Positions 61,608 through 64,000 of a stretch of 64,000 bases of DNA are shown here, one piece after another. A program made the translations under genes and the position numbers. The notes beneath the pieces are model-generated. The model searched no databases. It worked only from the letters and a program-made list of their open reading frames with translations, and was not told where the DNA came from. Origin of the DNA: Azolla caroliniana (Eukaryota; Plantae; Polypodiophyta). Position 1 is the first letter of the stretch. The number at the start of each line of letters is the position of its first letter. The stretch spans positions 28,954,001 to 29,018,000 of the forward strand of contig JBHGNT010000001.1 of assembly GCA_043228905.1 (NCBI GenBank), in the 5' to 3' direction.

Positions 61608-62018
61608 TAACAATCAGCAATGGTTCGGTTCGGTTTGAGAGGGTCCAAACCGAACCGAACCACGAAACCGTTAAACATTTTGAAACCGTTACACCATTAA
61701 ACCGTAAAAACCGCGGTTTCGTGGTTCGGTTTCGGTTTTCAACTTAGGTCAAATTTTAAAATTTTAAAATTTATAATATTTCATGATTTTAAAGATGTTC
61801 CTAAAATGTGAGAATAAGGTCTAAAAATGAAAAGATTGTTTAAAAACAAATTTAAAAAAAATAAAAAATAAAAAAATTGTTAAACCATTTAAACGGCATG
61901 TTTTGACTGTTGAAACTGAACTGAATTGTTTTAAAAACCCTAAACTTGAACCGAACCGTTGAAACCATTAAGCCATGGTTTCACGGGTTGGTTCAAACCG
62001 AACCGTTGCTGATTGTTA
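61608..62018. mobile_element. Non-autonomous hAT-type element / MITE (411 bp)
   Basis: TIR TAACAATCAGCAA...TTGCTGATTGTTA, 8-bp TSD AACACTAT (61600-61607 and 62019-62026), subterminal AACCG/CGGTT repeats. Confidence 0.9.
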
Positions 62019-63433
62019 AACACTATCATCAAAGGTTCAATTAATCTAATTAGTTAGAGCACAAGAGTGTATATGAAGAAAGTGTATTGACATTGTTCTA
62101 GGCTTCAAATAAGGGGGTCACTAAATGCACATTGTCCACAACATCTTCATTTGAGGACTTTTTGTAAATCTTAGGAATCTTGTGATTCAGGATTTAACAC
62201 ACCTCTTCTCCATTCATGGTTCCATTAAATGGCCTTGATGCGACTACTAATGCTTACACCAATGATGCCATAATAATGCAAATGGATTTTCAAAATATCT
62301 TATTTTGAAGTATTTGCTATTCACATATCATTGTGGGCAATCACTTAAAATTTTCTAGTAAGATCCTATAAGGATTGTGCATGATTGGGAGTATTATATT
62401 ATAATTGGAACTTGGCATCTAAGTTTGAATGCAAAGAGAACGGAAGGTAAAGGGGGGCAATAAGAATGCCTCACTTAAAAACTAATTGTACTTCAATCAC
62501 ACACTTATTTTTCGGATATGCACAACATTATCGCCATGTCACTTTTTTGTTGTCAGCACTTGAAACTAGATGATCACTTCCAATGTGCAATGGCATGCAC
62601 ACGATATTTTCATGAATTCCAATTAATTGGTTTGTTTCTACTTTTTGGGCAAAACATGCACTGCCATATTTGAAATCAAACAAAAGACAACATACAAACA
62701 TGTTAGACCTTACTTTCATGTTGATTGACATCCATCTACCATTTTACCCTAACACCTATTGATATCCTAATTATTACATTAGTTATTATATCCATTGTTT
62801 TACCCTAATATCAAGTTGATGTTCTATTTAAGTTTTTGTTAAGTGCAAGTCGTTAAGTTTGGAAAGGGTTGCACTTTGAAATCTAGTAACATCACATAAC
62901 ATAATGCCCCTTATTGGAGTTCAATGAAAATAAAAACTTGTATGAATATGACGTAAGTTGAGTTTTTCTCTTTTATTTATTCCAAAAAAAAACTCCTTCC
63001 ATTAGTTATAAAATTTTACAAATGAGACGATTATGTAGAAAGAGTTTTTCTCTTATTGGATGTATGTGCGACAAATGTGAATGCATGTGCATTTGCGAAC
63101 TATGTCCATGCAAGAAGAGCAAAGGTATTCATTGTTGGACGTATATAGATGAATGTGAATGTTAAAGGTATCTTTGTAAGAAAGGCTAAATTTAGGGCAC
63201 TATCTGCTATGGATTTCAGATTTATCTATGCACCATAGGATATAAGGAACAAGAGTCCTCGAGTAGGAGATAAGCATGTAAGGAAAAGTCGAAACTCTAT
63301 ATTTATTTTTTCAAATATTTACCATAATACTCCTTGTTTTCCAAGACATCCCTACAACACCTCTAGCACTTTCCAATCCCCCAAAATGCTCATCTCTCTA
63401 TGCAATTCCCTCCTCTATATATTATCCAAAAAG

Positions 63434-63581
63434 GTAGCCTTGTTAGTGGTTAAAAGTCTACTACATGGGGTGCAGTAGAAAAGTAGCCTTAGTGATGAGG
63501 TTAGAAGTCTAATGAAATGGGATTCACTAGAAAAGTAGCTTTATTAGCGAGGGTAGATGTTTGTTGCATGGGTCGCACTAG
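63434..63581. repeat. Degenerate tandem repeat, about 3 x 52 bp
   Basis: gtagc(c/t)tt...ag...tggg...ca(g/c)tagaaaa recurs three times. Confidence 0.55.
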
Positions 63582-64000
63582 GGTGCAATCCCAATACGTG
63601 AAATGAGTTTATAGAGAAAGAAGTATTTTGGGAAATACAAAAACGAAGGGTATTTTATACAATGAACAATCGGTAAGTAAAGTTTTAGTTTACTTTTGAG
63701 GGAGATTTAAGGTAAACATTGGTTGGGTTGTGGCGATGCATAACGACAATGTATTGTGCATTATATAAGTCCGATGGTAAGACAAGACATTACATATAAA
63801 ACATTGTATGCTTTCGCAATGTCTCTTTTTTGCAATGATGGTGGGGAATGCATATTTAAAAGTGTAACATCGCACCGCGCTACATAAAATGAGTCAGAAA
63901 AGCACAAGTAGTATTGTATTCACGAAACAAAAGGGCTTTACAATAGGTTTCCAATCAAGGATTTTCAAAGAACAATAATGCTAGAAACGTCGGGGCTCTT

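Overview
Eukaryotic land-plant nuclear DNA (GT-AG introns, telo boxes, a PLS-type PPR gene, LTR and LINE retroelements); a seed-free plant such as a fern is my guess, not something the sequence proves. Six host genes can be reconstructed: a PLS-E PPR gene, an ALP1-like Harbinger-derived gene, a Yippee-like gene and a BASS5/6-like plastid transporter (all minus strand), plus EF1-alpha and a 1-Cys peroxiredoxin (plus strand). Transposons include a young Ty1/copia element running off the left edge, two solo LTRs, several LINE fragments, a hAT-type MITE and degenerate relics. The most notable feature is a complete, very young 9.8 kb Athila-like Ty3/gypsy element (27323-37136, TSD AAATT, LTRs differing by one 1-bp indel by eye). 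It has a three-zinc-knuckle Gag and a second intact ~900-aa sense ORF (coiled-coil-like, basic NLS-like motifs, no obvious membrane span) preceded by a splice-acceptor-like site. It lacks a canonical PPT next to the 3' LTR and sits 86 bp downstream of the BASS stop codon. All family assignments come from motif recognition by eye; no database search was run.
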